Below are positions 17,824 through 28,050 of a stretch of 64,000 nucleotides of DNA, piece by piece. Source of the stretch: a virus. Under the pieces are notes generated by a model. That model ran no database searches, had not been told where the DNA came from, and was given only the letters and a program-made list of their open reading frames with translations. Numbering within the stretch: the first letter of the stretch is position 1; each line of letters begins with the position of its first letter. Position numbers and translations under genes: made by a program. The stretch spans positions 1-64,000 of the IMG/VR virus record IMGVR_UViG_3300028197_000982. One strand, given 5' to 3'.

Positions 17824-19320
17824 ATGTCAGCAGTAGAAAGAAATATACTAACAGTAGTAGAACCTACCATCGAACTTGATGAGTTAGAAATAACTGATGT
17901 TGAGAGTGGTACTGAAAATTCTGATGGTGATACTATGAAAGAAAAACCTAGTAAGTTTTCTACAATGATACCTCTTATTAGAATTAATTCATATGAAGTA
18001 CAGGGTGATAAATTAGAAACATTTGAACTTAAGTGTACTGGTTTTTATCCAACATGTAAGTTTTCTTTTTATGATAGGGATGGAATGTTTACTGCTAGAT
18101 TTTTTCCAAAAGATGGAGATATTATTCAATTGTATATCAGATCACAGGGTGATGAAACTACATTTAAGCCTATAAGAATTGATTTTACTGTGGAAAAAAT
18201 AACTCCGTTAGGTGGCGGTGGTGCTACTGATTCAGCATCCCAAATTATGGTTGATGGTAGAATGCATGTACCTAATTTATTTACAGAGAAGGTTCAATTC
18301 CAAGATAATACTAGTTGGAATTCTTTATTATCTATTGCTGAAGAATTAAAATTGGGGTATGCATCTAATGTTGAAGATACTACAGATCAGCAGATATGGA
18401 CAAACCCTTATGATACTGCTCAAAAATTTATAGAAGATATAACTTCTAATTCATACTTAAATGATGAATCATTTTTTACTTCTTATATTGATCCTTATTA
18501 TTATTTAACTTTTGTTGATGCTAATAAGTTTTTCGGTATGGAAGATGATTTAGAGGTTAGCCAAATGTTTCAACAAAACGCAATGGATACAATGGGGAGT
18601 GGTGATGAAGAAGATAGTGAAAGCACATTTCCTAATATGTTAAGTAATCAATTAGATTTACAGGGTACTGCTAGATACATATCTAAATATCAGCAAGTTA
18701 ATAATAGTGGAAAGATTAGTAAGAATAATGGATATAAAAGATATACACAGTATTGGGATTTAAATGCAAAAGAATTTATAAGTGAATTTGTAGATCCTAT
18801 AACTAGTGATACGCCTGGTATGATACCTGTTACTAAAGGTAGAACTATTAATGGAGAAGTAGAAGGCCCAGTCGATCAACAGGTTAAATTTAAATTTTTA
18901 GGTACACAAGGTGATAATGTTCATGAGAATTATTATTACGCATCTATACAAAATTTTCAAAACCTTTCAGAGATTAATAAATTAGGTATGACGGTTGAAT
19001 TAGATACAATTAATCCTGCTATATTAAGGTATACCAGAATTTATTGTCATATGATGGAAACTGCACAGATGGTAAAAGGTACTTTAACCGCGCCGGAAAA
19101 TGATGAGAACGCTCCTAATGATTCACAAAGAAGAGCAGATACTCCCGATAATGCAGGCAGTGATGTTGATAATGAATTTGGTGTGATTAATGAATATCTT
19201 TCTGGTTTTTATGTTATAACAGGTATTGAATATTTTTTAACAAGTGGACCTCAGGCAGGTGGAGCTGGTTTAAAGCAGAAATTACATTTGCGTAGAAGAG
19301 AAGTAACTCCTTCTACATAA
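17824..19320 (+). CDS. Baseplate hub protein (gp27/GpD-like)
   Basis: C-terminal YLSGFYVITGIEY...QKLHLRRR; located between gp53 and gp5. Confidence 0.65.
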   Translation: MSAVERNILTVVEPTIELDELEITDVESGTENSDGDTMKEKPSKFSTMIPLIRINSYEVQGDKLETFELKCTGFYPTCKFSFYDRDGMFTARFFPKDGDIIQLYIRSQGDETTFKPIRIDFTVEKITPLGGGGATDSASQIMVDGRMHVPNLFTEKVQFQDNTSWNSLLSIAEELKLGYASNVEDTTDQQIWTNPYDTAQKFIEDITSNSYLNDESFFTSYIDPYYYLTFVDANKFFGMEDDLEVSQMFQQNAMDTMGSGDEEDSESTFPNMLSNQLDLQGTARYISKYQQVNNSGKISKNNGYKRYTQYWDLNAKEFISEFVDPITSDTPGMIPVTKGRTINGEVEGPVDQQVKFKFLGTQGDNVHENYYYASIQNFQNLSEINKLGMTVELDTINPAILRYTRIYCHMMETAQMVKGTLTAPENDENAPNDSQRRADTPDNAGSDVDNEFGVINEYLSGFYVITGIEYFLTSGPQAGGAGLKQKLHLRRREVTPST

Positions 19321-19321
19321 A

Positions 19322-19330
19322 GAATAAATA
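19322..19330 (+). promoter_or_regulatory. Late promoter-like motif GAATAAATA
   Basis: Intergenic, upstream of 19349. Confidence 0.65.
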
Positions 19331-19348
19331 AAAAAAATAAAATTATAA

Positions 19349-20764
19349 ATGCCAATATCAGAACTCTTTAATGCAGTACCGTCGGATGAAGTAACAGGCT
19401 TACTTGGTAATTTACAAAAATCATTTCCTAATAGTTATGATATGGCTAAGACGTTTGTGCAGACTTCATCATCGGCTGCAGGTGGTGGTAATGGGGTTAC
19501 TAGTTTAGATGACCCTACTTATTTAGGATTTAACATTTACTTTGATAGAATGAGCCCTTTATTTGAAGGTGCGTTAGAGGGCAGCCCTGCGATTCCTGCT
19601 AATGATGATCCTTTTGCGTTGTCAGGTGGTGGTGCTGGTGAATTAGGTTCACACCCATCTGGTGAATCAGCTGTTGGGTATTTAAATAATTTAGGTGAAG
19701 TTACTAGAGCCACTTATCTAAAGGCATTCTGCCAAGGATTAAAAGAAATAGAATCTAAAAGATCTTATTACTTTCAAACTATAGAAGGTTTACAAGAAGC
19801 TTTTAATAAAACTGTTAACATGACACCTTTTGGTGGATCTGCAGATGGTGAAGGAATTACTGTTGGTTTATTAGAGGCAATAGATTTAAAAATGTCTGCT
19901 TTATTTAATCTTTATAAATCTGCATGTTATGATGTTAAGTATAGAAGAAATCTTATACCTATAAATTTAATGTATTTTACAGTTCGGGTTGAAGTAGTTG
20001 AAGTTAGGAGATTTAAACAAGTTAGAAATTTTATAAATGCACTTAATCCGCTTTCACCTGAACCAGAACTTAGTAAATTTGTTAATGAAAACTTTTCAAA
20101 GATAACTTTCAAATTTGATGAATGTACATGGGATGCTGGTGCTAGTGGGCAAGTATTTGCAGATGTTACAAATGTACAAGGCGCTGGTGCTATGGCTACT
20201 TCATCCATGAAATGGTCATACGGAAGAGTTGAAATAGAATCTCAATTTGCTGGTTACGATTCAGCTTTAGTAGATTCAGCACCTAAACAACCAAAAACTT
20301 ACGGAGACTTAGCAAAAGGTGCAGGTAAAAAATTATTAGACAAGGCTATACAAGGAGCAGAGAATCTTGTGCAGAGAAAAGCATTAAGTTTTGTTCAAGG
20401 TTTAAAATTTGGTAATGTATATGGTTTAGGAAATCAAATTTTAAATACTATTAAAAATCCACAAGGCTTATTAAGTACTTTACAAGGTGCATTAGTACAA
20501 GAAGAAACTACACCAGGATTTACTAATCAGATAGGTACTAATATATATGAAGGTGAAATTGCCCCAGGTGGTAGTACGCAAACATTGGAAGTTAATAGGA
20601 TTTTACCTGAAGGTGGTGACCGACCGCCATTAACACAGACTAATGTATTTACTTCCGCACCATCAGGACCGGCTCCACTAGAACCTAGCAATTTATTTGA
20701 AGGTGATATTCCACCAGGCGGTAGTACACAAAGTATAGAAAGTAGTAACATATTTGAAGATTAA
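19349..20764 (+). CDS. Putative tail-tube-fold baseplate protein
   Basis: DDPTYLGF, YFQTIEGL, ITFKFDEC; context; C-terminal repeat EG(E/D)IxPGGSTQ twice. Confidence 0.5.
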   Translation: MPISELFNAVPSDEVTGLLGNLQKSFPNSYDMAKTFVQTSSSAAGGGNGVTSLDDPTYLGFNIYFDRMSPLFEGALEGSPAIPANDDPFALSGGGAGELGSHPSGESAVGYLNNLGEVTRATYLKAFCQGLKEIESKRSYYFQTIEGLQEAFNKTVNMTPFGGSADGEGITVGLLEAIDLKMSALFNLYKSACYDVKYRRNLIPINLMYFTVRVEVVEVRRFKQVRNFINALNPLSPEPELSKFVNENFSKITFKFDECTWDAGASGQVFADVTNVQGAGAMATSSMKWSYGRVEIESQFAGYDSALVDSAPKQPKTYGDLAKGAGKKLLDKAIQGAENLVQRKALSFVQGLKFGNVYGLGNQILNTIKNPQGLLSTLQGALVQEETTPGFTNQIGTNIYEGEIAPGGSTQTLEVNRILPEGGDRPPLTQTNVFTSAPSGPAPLEPSNLFEGDIPPGGSTQSIESSNIFED

Positions 20765-20767
20765 TAA

Positions 20768-21682
20768 ATGGGAAAACTAACAGCAAAAGAGTTAAAGGAT
20801 GATAATCTAAAAGGCACTCAATGGATTGGTATTGTTGAAAATACTGATGATGATATTTTTGAAGGTAGATGTCGAATTAGAGTTTTTGGTAAAATGGACC
20901 AGAGAGAAGATCCTGAAGATCCAAGTAGCGCTTATGTTATGCCAACTGAATCTTTACCTTGGGCAAGACCATCAGTTGCTTCATCAGGTGGAAGTAACAC
21001 CGGGAGTGGTACATTTTCAGTTCCTAAAATTGGAACCATACTAAGAATAAGTTTTGATAATGGTAATTATTACGCGCCAGTATACCATGAGTCACTATAC
21101 CCTTCTGATGAGACGAAGGCGGAGATAGAAGCTGCCTATCCTAACTCACACGTATTAATATATGATACAGCATTTGGTTTAACAGGTGACTTACAATCTG
21201 GTGATCCTACCGTTACTAATGAAAGGGAAGGTGAGCATATTAAAGTTTTCTTTACAGAAGAAAAAGGATTAATGATGGACTATACTACAACCGAAGGTCC
21301 AACTACCGTTAATGTAAAACCTGATAATTCTGTTGAAATAATAAATGCAAATGGTGATTCTATAATAATGCTTAATGACGGTAATATAACATTTACACAT
21401 TCGGCTCAGTTTACAATAAACAGTGGAGCGGATACTGTAATTAATGCGACAACCGATACTCTTATTAATTGTGTTAATGCTGTAGTAACTGCATCTGCTG
21501 AAACTCATATTAATTCTCCAAGAATTAAATTAGGTGAAGCTGCGGCTGAGGCTGTCATTAAAGGTGATACATTTGCAGGTATATTTGATGGACATTCTCA
21601 TATAGGTAATTTAGGTGCTCCTACTAGTCCGCCTACATCAGTCACAGCACCGTCTTTAAGTGCAAAGAATACAACTGATTAA
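20768..21682 (+). CDS. gp5: Central baseplate spike (gp5 OB-fold / gpV-like), no lysozyme domain
   Basis: GIVENTDD..EGRCRIRVFG, LPWARP, VPKIG, beta-helix repeats, HSH tip motif (GHSHIGNLGAPTSPP). Confidence 0.85.
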   Translation: MGKLTAKELKDDNLKGTQWIGIVENTDDDIFEGRCRIRVFGKMDQREDPEDPSSAYVMPTESLPWARPSVASSGGSNTGSGTFSVPKIGTILRISFDNGNYYAPVYHESLYPSDETKAEIEAAYPNSHVLIYDTAFGLTGDLQSGDPTVTNEREGEHIKVFFTEEKGLMMDYTTTEGPTTVNVKPDNSVEIINANGDSIIMLNDGNITFTHSAQFTINSGADTVINATTDTLINCVNAVVTASAETHINSPRIKLGEAAAEAVIKGDTFAGIFDGHSHIGNLGAPTSPPTSVTAPSLSAKNTTD

Positions 21683-21709
21683 TATATAAACTATAAAAAT
21701 AATTAAATT

Positions 21710-22006
21710 ATGCCATTAGTTCCACCTATTTTAAACTCCGCATTAACTGCTGCATTTTCAGCTGCTATGTATGACTTTATTAATATATCAGCACAGCCTG
21801 GTACAAATGATGGGGTTGATAAATCAGCCTTAGCTATTTCAACAGCTTCGGCAACATTCTCAGGTATTGCTGGACCAGCGATAGATGCTTACATAAGATC
21901 ACAGCTTATAATTTTACCACCAGGACAAGCCGTCGCTACTGCAGGGTCACCGTCAGCACAAGTTGGCGCAACAACTGCACCATCTCCACCAGCTCTTATT
22001 ACATAA
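21710..22006 (+). CDS. Small spike-associated protein
   Basis: Ala/Pro-rich; IDAYIRS...GQAVATAGSP...VGATT; follows gp5; TAATATATA at 21680-21688. Confidence 0.6.
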   Translation: MPLVPPILNSALTAAFSAAMYDFINISAQPGTNDGVDKSALAISTASATFSGIAGPAIDAYIRSQLIILPPGQAVATAGSPSAQVGATTAPSPPALIT

Positions 22007-22009
22007 TCT

Positions 22010-22074
22010 TAAACAATATAGATAATAAGAAGTATAATAACTAAATCTAAACTAAGTAATATATAATCTATAAT
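22010..22074 (+). promoter_or_regulatory. Stacked promoter-like motifs upstream of the S1 gene
   Basis: TAAAC-N18-TATAAT at 22010-22038, TAATATATA at 22057-22065, and a further TATAAT at 22069-22074. Confidence 0.5.
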
Positions 22075-22094
22075 AACCACTTTAATAAAAAATA

Positions 22095-23267
22095 ATGATA
22101 GAACAAGAAATCACAATACAATTAAGTGATGATCCATTTGACACTGTAACAAAAAAAGTAATGGTACCTAAAGGAACTAAACTAATGTCTACAGAAAGTT
22201 ATGCCGATGATCTAATGAAACTTTATGAATTGGATGACATTGAGGCTAAGAAATTAACAATGTCTGAAGAAGCAAATAATTATATAACACAAGGTGAGAT
22301 TATTCATATTAAAAAAGAAACTCATATTATTGATGGGGAAAACGTAGAAGTTAAGATTGAAGCTTTAGTTGATATATCTAGAAAAAGTACTGCTGTTTGT
22401 ATTTTACAAAAAGAAGATAAAGCAATAGTAGACCAATTAGAAATTGGTATGATGGTAGATATAAAGGTTAAGAATTCTAAACAAGGTACTTTATATGCGT
22501 CTATTAGTGATGCAATGGATGAAGTAAAAAGACAAGAAATTTATAACGCTATAGGTAATAAAACTATTGGATTTACTGGTAAAGTTAAAGAACTCATTCA
22601 TGGTGGTTATTGGGTTGAAGTTGGCGGAGTTCAATGTTTTATGCCAGGTTCATTAGGAGGATTAAATAAATTACCTAACTTTGAAGCCATTGTAGGTAAA
22701 GAATTAATTGTGATGCCTATTACTTATTCAAATGAAAAACGAACAATCGTAGTATCTCATAGAGAATATTTAAGAACGATGATTCCAACCACCGTAGAAA
22801 AACTTAGAGAAAATATTAAAGAACATATCACAGGGTTTGTTACTGGTACCACTAAGTTTGGTATATTTGCAGAATTTAATGAATGTCTTACTGGTCTAAT
22901 ACCTAAAAATGAATTGGATGAGGATACTTTAAATAAATTTGAAAAGAGAGATATAAAAGCAGGTGATAGTATTAACTTTTGGACTAAAGAAGTTATATCT
23001 GATAAAAAAATCATATTAAGTCAATTAGGTCCTAAGATTGATTTATGGGATGGTGCAGATGAAAAATATAAACCAATGATGATCACAAAAGGTAAAGTAA
23101 CTAAGGTAACTAAATACGGCGCATTTGTGGAATTGGAAAAAGGTATTAGTGGATTAATTCATAAAACTAAATTAAAAAATACCGAACTTTCTAAGGGTGA
23201 TGAAATCGATGTTAAAATCGGTAGTGTTAATGTTAGTGATCGCAAGATTACAATGAACTTAGTATAA
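22095..23267 (+). CDS. rpsA: Ribosomal protein bS1-like protein (about four S1 domains)
   Basis: GKVKELIHGGYWVEVGGVQCFMPGS, IVVSHR, GFVTGTTKFGIFAE, GKVTKVTKYGAFVELEKGISGLIH. Confidence 0.88.
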   Translation: MIEQEITIQLSDDPFDTVTKKVMVPKGTKLMSTESYADDLMKLYELDDIEAKKLTMSEEANNYITQGEIIHIKKETHIIDGENVEVKIEALVDISRKSTAVCILQKEDKAIVDQLEIGMMVDIKVKNSKQGTLYASISDAMDEVKRQEIYNAIGNKTIGFTGKVKELIHGGYWVEVGGVQCFMPGSLGGLNKLPNFEAIVGKELIVMPITYSNEKRTIVVSHREYLRTMIPTTVEKLRENIKEHITGFVTGTTKFGIFAEFNECLTGLIPKNELDEDTLNKFEKRDIKAGDSINFWTKEVISDKKIILSQLGPKIDLWDGADEKYKPMMITKGKVTKVTKYGAFVELEKGISGLIHKTKLKNTELSKGDEIDVKIGSVNVSDRKITMNLV

Positions 23268-23283
23268 CCTTTATCCTGGTTTG

Positions 23284-23292
23284 GAATATATA
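23284..23292 (+). promoter_or_regulatory. Late promoter-like motif GAATATATA
   Basis: Upstream of the amidoligase gene. Confidence 0.65.
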
Positions 23293-23309
23293 AACAAATC
23301 AGGATAAAT

Positions 23310-24608
23310 ATGTATTCTAACGAACAACTTAATGCTATACATTCTTCAAAGATAGGTTTTGAATTTGAGTTCTTTTCAAATGAAAACCTTGATCTTACAA
23401 AGGATAGTTTAGCTCGTACTTTAAATAAATCAATCAGAGTAGAGGAAAAGGCTCATAGTGATTTTACTCCAACAGAAAATATCTTTAAATTAGAACCAGA
23501 TAATTCCGGCGGAACCGGAATGATTGAATTAGTAACTGGTCCATTACCATTTGTTGAGGCTAAGATAATCATGGCTAAAACTTTAAAATGGATTAGAGAA
23601 AATGGAAAGACTAATGAAAGATGCTCTATTCATATCAACCTTGCATTTGATGGAAAGAAGTTAGGACCAATTGTTAATATGTCTAAATTAGATGTAGGTA
23701 AATTCGTACTTAATTTTGATGAGAACAAAGTATATGAAGCTTTTCCAAATAGAAGAGATTCTGTTTATGCAAAGTCTATAAAGTTTATAGTTCCTTTAAG
23801 TGGTATGACTCAACCTTCACCAGAAAAAAATCTTTGGAAAAACTATATGTTTGTCAAAGAGAAGTATTATGGTATTAATTTTGAAAAGCTACAAAAGGGT
23901 TATATTGAATTTAGATATCTTGGTGGAGCTGATTATGAAAAGAAGTATTCTACAATACTTTCAATGACTGAACATTTTATTACTTCGTTATATGAAACTT
24001 TAGTTAATCCACAATATAACGAAACAGATTTAAAAGTTTTAGATAAGATTTTAGAAAAACATAAAACTGTTATTGAATCTTATAGAACCTATTCCTCATT
24101 TAAAGAAAAATTTCCTAAAATACATTTAATGATTGATCTGCAAACATATGATCAAATTGTTGAAATGTACTATCCTAAAATTAGAGAAAAGATTTTTGAT
24201 TTAATTACTAAGGCTGATATGAATGAAGGTTTAATTAATTATGATGCTGATAGTGGAAGAATACAAATAAAAGATGCTAAATTAATGAGATGCTTTGAGA
24301 TTATTGGTGTTGATATTGTTGATTCAGTTATACAAGGTAATATTATAAATTGTGATATCTTTGGCTGTGATTTAAAAAATACATCAGTGTTTGAATCTAA
24401 TCTTTTTGGTGCTACCGTTGCTGAAGATTGTAAAATAGAAGAATCATATGTTAGTAGAAATGTAATATGTGAAGAAAGTTATGTATTCGGTAAAAGAGGA
24501 GTATTTAGCGGGGAGATGATTGGTGGTATATTTAGACAAGGTAGAGCAACGCCTCTTGCTAGGTTTGGTGATAAAACCGAGGTAATAGAAATAGAAAAAA
24601 TTAAGTAA
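23310..24608 (+). CDS. Putative amidoligase (COOH-NH2 ligase, Amidoligase_2) with C-terminal beta-helix-like region
   Basis: IGFEFEF, EPDNS, IELVTGP, CSIHIN, KYYGINF, IEFR. Confidence 0.8.
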   Translation: MYSNEQLNAIHSSKIGFEFEFFSNENLDLTKDSLARTLNKSIRVEEKAHSDFTPTENIFKLEPDNSGGTGMIELVTGPLPFVEAKIIMAKTLKWIRENGKTNERCSIHINLAFDGKKLGPIVNMSKLDVGKFVLNFDENKVYEAFPNRRDSVYAKSIKFIVPLSGMTQPSPEKNLWKNYMFVKEKYYGINFEKLQKGYIEFRYLGGADYEKKYSTILSMTEHFITSLYETLVNPQYNETDLKVLDKILEKHKTVIESYRTYSSFKEKFPKIHLMIDLQTYDQIVEMYYPKIREKIFDLITKADMNEGLINYDADSGRIQIKDAKLMRCFEIIGVDIVDSVIQGNIINCDIFGCDLKNTSVFESNLFGATVAEDCKIEESYVSRNVICEESYVFGKRGVFSGEMIGGIFRQGRATPLARFGDKTEVIEIEKIK

Positions 24609-24612
24609 AGAT

Positions 24613-25479
24613 ATGGCTAGGAATAAAAGTTGGTGCAACCCAGATTCACAGGAATGTTTAGATGCACTCATAAAGGAAATTAATGATGATTTAACAGTAG
24701 GTTGTCAAATACCTTTTACAGTACCTAAAAAGGAATTAGCTCATATCATAAATAGGGCAAAGGATTACTTTTATAAAATATATGAAGATAGCGTTGAAGA
24801 AATGTTTATTGCATTACCTGCTACTGCATGGGGTGAATCTGCATTTAGACAAGGCATAAGCCATAATGACCAAACCGGTGCTACGCCTAATAAGCTAACT
24901 GAAAAGGATGTTAACAATCCCAGGGGTGTTGTAAAAATGCCGTCTACTGTTTGGGCTGTTAATAATGTATTCCAAATAAATGGTTTTTCTGGTGAAGATG
25001 GTGGTTTTGGTAGTAATTCATTTTCTGCTGGTGATATTGATTTTTCATTAGATAAATTTATATACTCTGATGTGTATGGTGCAGGTCTTGGTTCTGAAGA
25101 ATTAATGTATTATGTTATTAATGCTAAATATGTTGATAATGCAAGACAGGCTTTACAGGCGCAAATCTCTTATAATTATAATAGGCTTACTAAGAAATTT
25201 AGATTTATGGGAGAACTTCCTAAAAGAGGAGCGTGTATATTTCAGGTTTATAATACTATTCCTGACTGTGATCTTTTTCAAGACGAGGCTTTTATAAGAT
25301 ACTGTATAGGTATGGCTAAAATACAATTATCTAGAATATTAGGTACATTTCAATTTAACTTACCTGGTAATATTACTATTAATTACGATTTAATCTCTAG
25401 TGAAGGTAGAGAAGAGGTTGATGCTATCGTTGAAGAAATAAAAGGTGATGAAGGTGTTGATTATTTTTTCACAGGATAA
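24613..25479 (+). CDS. gp13: Neck/head-tail adaptor (gp13-like)
   Basis: RYCIGMAKIQLSRILGTFQFNLPGNITINYD...EGREE...YFFTG. Confidence 0.75.
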   Translation: MARNKSWCNPDSQECLDALIKEINDDLTVGCQIPFTVPKKELAHIINRAKDYFYKIYEDSVEEMFIALPATAWGESAFRQGISHNDQTGATPNKLTEKDVNNPRGVVKMPSTVWAVNNVFQINGFSGEDGGFGSNSFSAGDIDFSLDKFIYSDVYGAGLGSEELMYYVINAKYVDNARQALQAQISYNYNRLTKKFRFMGELPKRGACIFQVYNTIPDCDLFQDEAFIRYCIGMAKIQLSRILGTFQFNLPGNITINYDLISSEGREEVDAIVEEIKGDEGVDYFFTG

Positions 25480-25510
25480 TTTATAATCTAAGACCCTCAA
25501 AAAATGTAGA

Positions 25511-25519
25511 GAATATATA
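25511..25519 (+). promoter_or_regulatory. Late promoter-like motif GAATATATA
   Basis: Upstream of the gp25-like gene. Confidence 0.65.
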
Positions 25520-25536
25520 ATAAAAGAATATTCTCA

Positions 25537-25902
25537 ATGATTAAAGAAATATACAGTAGAGACGTAGATGCACCGAAGTACAATGATGATGTAATTGAGG
25601 TGACAGATCAGTTACAGCAGCTTATCCTTAAGATAGAGAATTGTTTGTTTACAAGACAAGGTGATGTGCTAGGTTCTCCTAATATGGGATGTAATTTAGA
25701 TGATCTTGTCTTTTCTTTAGTATTAAATGAATCTGTTATTGCACAGAAAATCAGTACTCAGATTCAAACATATTGCTTAAACAGCAGTAGTAGCCAATTT
25801 GGCATAGATGTAAGAGTACAATTTTACAGCTTAGTTGATAGGAGCGGTTGTTTAGTTGATATTTTTGTAAATGAAGAAAGAGTCATTGGGGCTTTGTTTT
25901 AA
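25537..25902 (+). CDS. gp25: Baseplate wedge/sheath initiator (gp25-like)
   Basis: IENCLFTRQGDVLGSPNMGCNLDDLVF. Confidence 0.85.
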   Translation: MIKEIYSRDVDAPKYNDDVIEVTDQLQQLILKIENCLFTRQGDVLGSPNMGCNLDDLVFSLVLNESVIAQKISTQIQTYCLNSSSSQFGIDVRVQFYSLVDRSGCLVDIFVNEERVIGALF

Positions 25903-25921
25903 AATAAAAATAAAATAGTTA

Positions 25922-27778
25922 ATGTCATTTTTTAGTAAAACCAGAATTAAAGCAACAGAGTTATTCTTTGATGCATTCCAATATCTACAACGTCAATATG
26001 ACCAGGCAGGTGAAGTGTTTACACCAGCATCGCCGTTTGGGCAAATTCTTACTGTTGTTGCTAACTTAGGAGAACTTATTCTATTTTATATTGAAGCCGT
26101 TGGAACTGAACTTAATATTAGCAGAGCAAGAAATATAGAATCTATTTACGGTTTATCAAGATTAACAGGCCATGATCCTACTAGAGGAATATCTGCACAA
26201 GGGATTATAGGATTAAGATTAAATACTTCGGCAGCATCATTAGTTGAAGGTGATTACGTACAAATATTAAATTATGCGCCATTAGAAATAGGTCAAAATA
26301 GTTTAATGTATTTTATAAAATTTGATAGTGATTATATAAGATTAGAAAAAACATCGAGGCAATTTGTTAATGTTGAGCTTATACAAGGTAAGAGAGAAGA
26401 TCAAACTTTTACAGGAACTGGGCTGGATTTACAAAGTTATAACTTAACTACAAAAGAGCCTACAGATCAATATATGGTTGATGTACATGTAGATGGTAAG
26501 TTATGGAAAAATGTTAATTCATTATATGATATGAATAATGGCGAGGAATGCGTTATGGTTAAAACTAGTGTTAACGGTGGATTAACATGTTTCTTTGGAA
26601 ACAAACAATTTGGTGAACCGCCTGCATTAGGATCTATTATTAAAGTTACTTATGTAAAGACTAGGGGCTCTGCTGGAAATATAGGAGGTAAGAATTTAGA
26701 TTTAAAATTTTTGGAGCCAGCTACCGATGCAACTGGCCAAGATGTTGACTTAAATACCGTTTTAGCATTAAACATTGTTAGAAACCCAATGTTTGGTTCT
26801 GACTCTGAAGATCCTTCATTTACTAGATTAATTGCTCCATATCAAAGTAATTCTTTTGTATTAGCTAACCCAAACAATTATATTTACTATTTAAGTAAGT
26901 ATGATTATTTTTCTTTTGTAGATGCATACAATACAAAGGATGATGAATATTTAGATGATGATAATATAGTATACTTATTTCTTATACCTGATATTGCTAA
27001 AAAGATAACAAGTGATAAAGATTATTTTACTGTTCCTGTTGATGAATTTTCAATGACGGCTGATGAAAAGGAAATGGTATATGAAATTTTAAACGAAAGC
27101 GGTAGACAAATAGTTACTGCTGAGGTTAGAATTAATGATCCTGTGATTAAAAGATATGCATTAAATATTGTAATAAGATATGTTGAAGGGTTTGATAAAG
27201 ATGAGATGCATGCTGCAATAAGAGAACAACTTAGTACTTATTTTATATACATTAATAGAAGAGATAGAATTCCAAGATCTGATATTATTTCAATAATTGA
27301 AAATGTAGATGGTGTTGATTCTGTAAATGTATTTTTTATATCGGAGGCTAATGAAAAAGCAATAGCTGATGGATTTTATGAAGTACCAGTGTATGGAACG
27401 GATCCTGTTACAGATCAAAAAGTATTAATAGAAACTAAAAAGGTAGAAATTAAAGAAGGTGAAGATCCTCAAATAGGTTTAGATGAATTTGGTGATGTTG
27501 TGATTGGTCCAGAAGATCTTGCTATCATAAGAGGTGGATGGGAAGATAGAAATGGAACATTATACGAAGTAGTACCTAATAAGAACGCTGTTAGTTCACT
27601 TAATATATTCTTTAAAGGTACTATTCCAAATAACCTATATAATAAAACTCAACAATCTAAGTTTCAAGATTTAAAAAGAACACGAGGGACAACGATTGCA
27701 ACATCAGGAAACTCAAGAAGTACAAACACTGGAAGGTTAAAAGATAACCCTACATTAAAAGCAATACAAGGAAAGTAA
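25922..27778 (+). CDS. gp6: Baseplate wedge protein (gp6 / baseplate J-like)
   Basis: ELNISRAR..ESIYGLSRLTGHDP, FFGNKQFGEPP, YVKTRGSAGN, GSDSED, IENVDGVDSV. Confidence 0.85.
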   Translation: MSFFSKTRIKATELFFDAFQYLQRQYDQAGEVFTPASPFGQILTVVANLGELILFYIEAVGTELNISRARNIESIYGLSRLTGHDPTRGISAQGIIGLRLNTSAASLVEGDYVQILNYAPLEIGQNSLMYFIKFDSDYIRLEKTSRQFVNVELIQGKREDQTFTGTGLDLQSYNLTTKEPTDQYMVDVHVDGKLWKNVNSLYDMNNGEECVMVKTSVNGGLTCFFGNKQFGEPPALGSIIKVTYVKTRGSAGNIGGKNLDLKFLEPATDATGQDVDLNTVLALNIVRNPMFGSDSEDPSFTRLIAPYQSNSFVLANPNNYIYYLSKYDYFSFVDAYNTKDDEYLDDDNIVYLFLIPDIAKKITSDKDYFTVPVDEFSMTADEKEMVYEILNESGRQIVTAEVRINDPVIKRYALNIVIRYVEGFDKDEMHAAIREQLSTYFIYINRRDRIPRSDIISIIENVDGVDSVNVFFISEANEKAIADGFYEVPVYGTDPVTDQKVLIETKKVEIKEGEDPQIGLDEFGDVVIGPEDLAIIRGGWEDRNGTLYEVVPNKNAVSSLNIFFKGTIPNNLYNKTQQSKFQDLKRTRGTTIATSGNSRSTNTGRLKDNPTLKAIQGK

Positions 27779-27779
27779 C

Positions 27780-28049
27780 ATGAATAAATTTACAGAGAGA
27801 AGAACCGGTATGCCTAGTGTTTATAAAGCTACTTATGAAGAAGGTTGGGAATTAAAAAATTTAGGTAACGATTATAATGAAAATCTCATGAGAAATTCAT
27901 TTTCTAATTATATGTTTAGAAATGAAAGACTTGGTACCTTTATAGATTCATACTTAAAACCTATTATGACTTTTTGGATTAATAAAGTAAAGTACTTAAG
28001 AATTTATTATAATTTTGGTGTACCTAAAGACTATCAAAAAATAGATTAA
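27780..28049 (+). CDS. Small baseplate-associated protein
   Basis: Coupled between gp6 and the next wedge gene. Confidence 0.65.
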   Translation: MNKFTERRTGMPSVYKATYEEGWELKNLGNDYNENLMRNSFSNYMFRNERLGTFIDSYLKPIMTFWINKVKYLRIYYNFGVPKDYQKID

Positions 28050-28050
28050 G

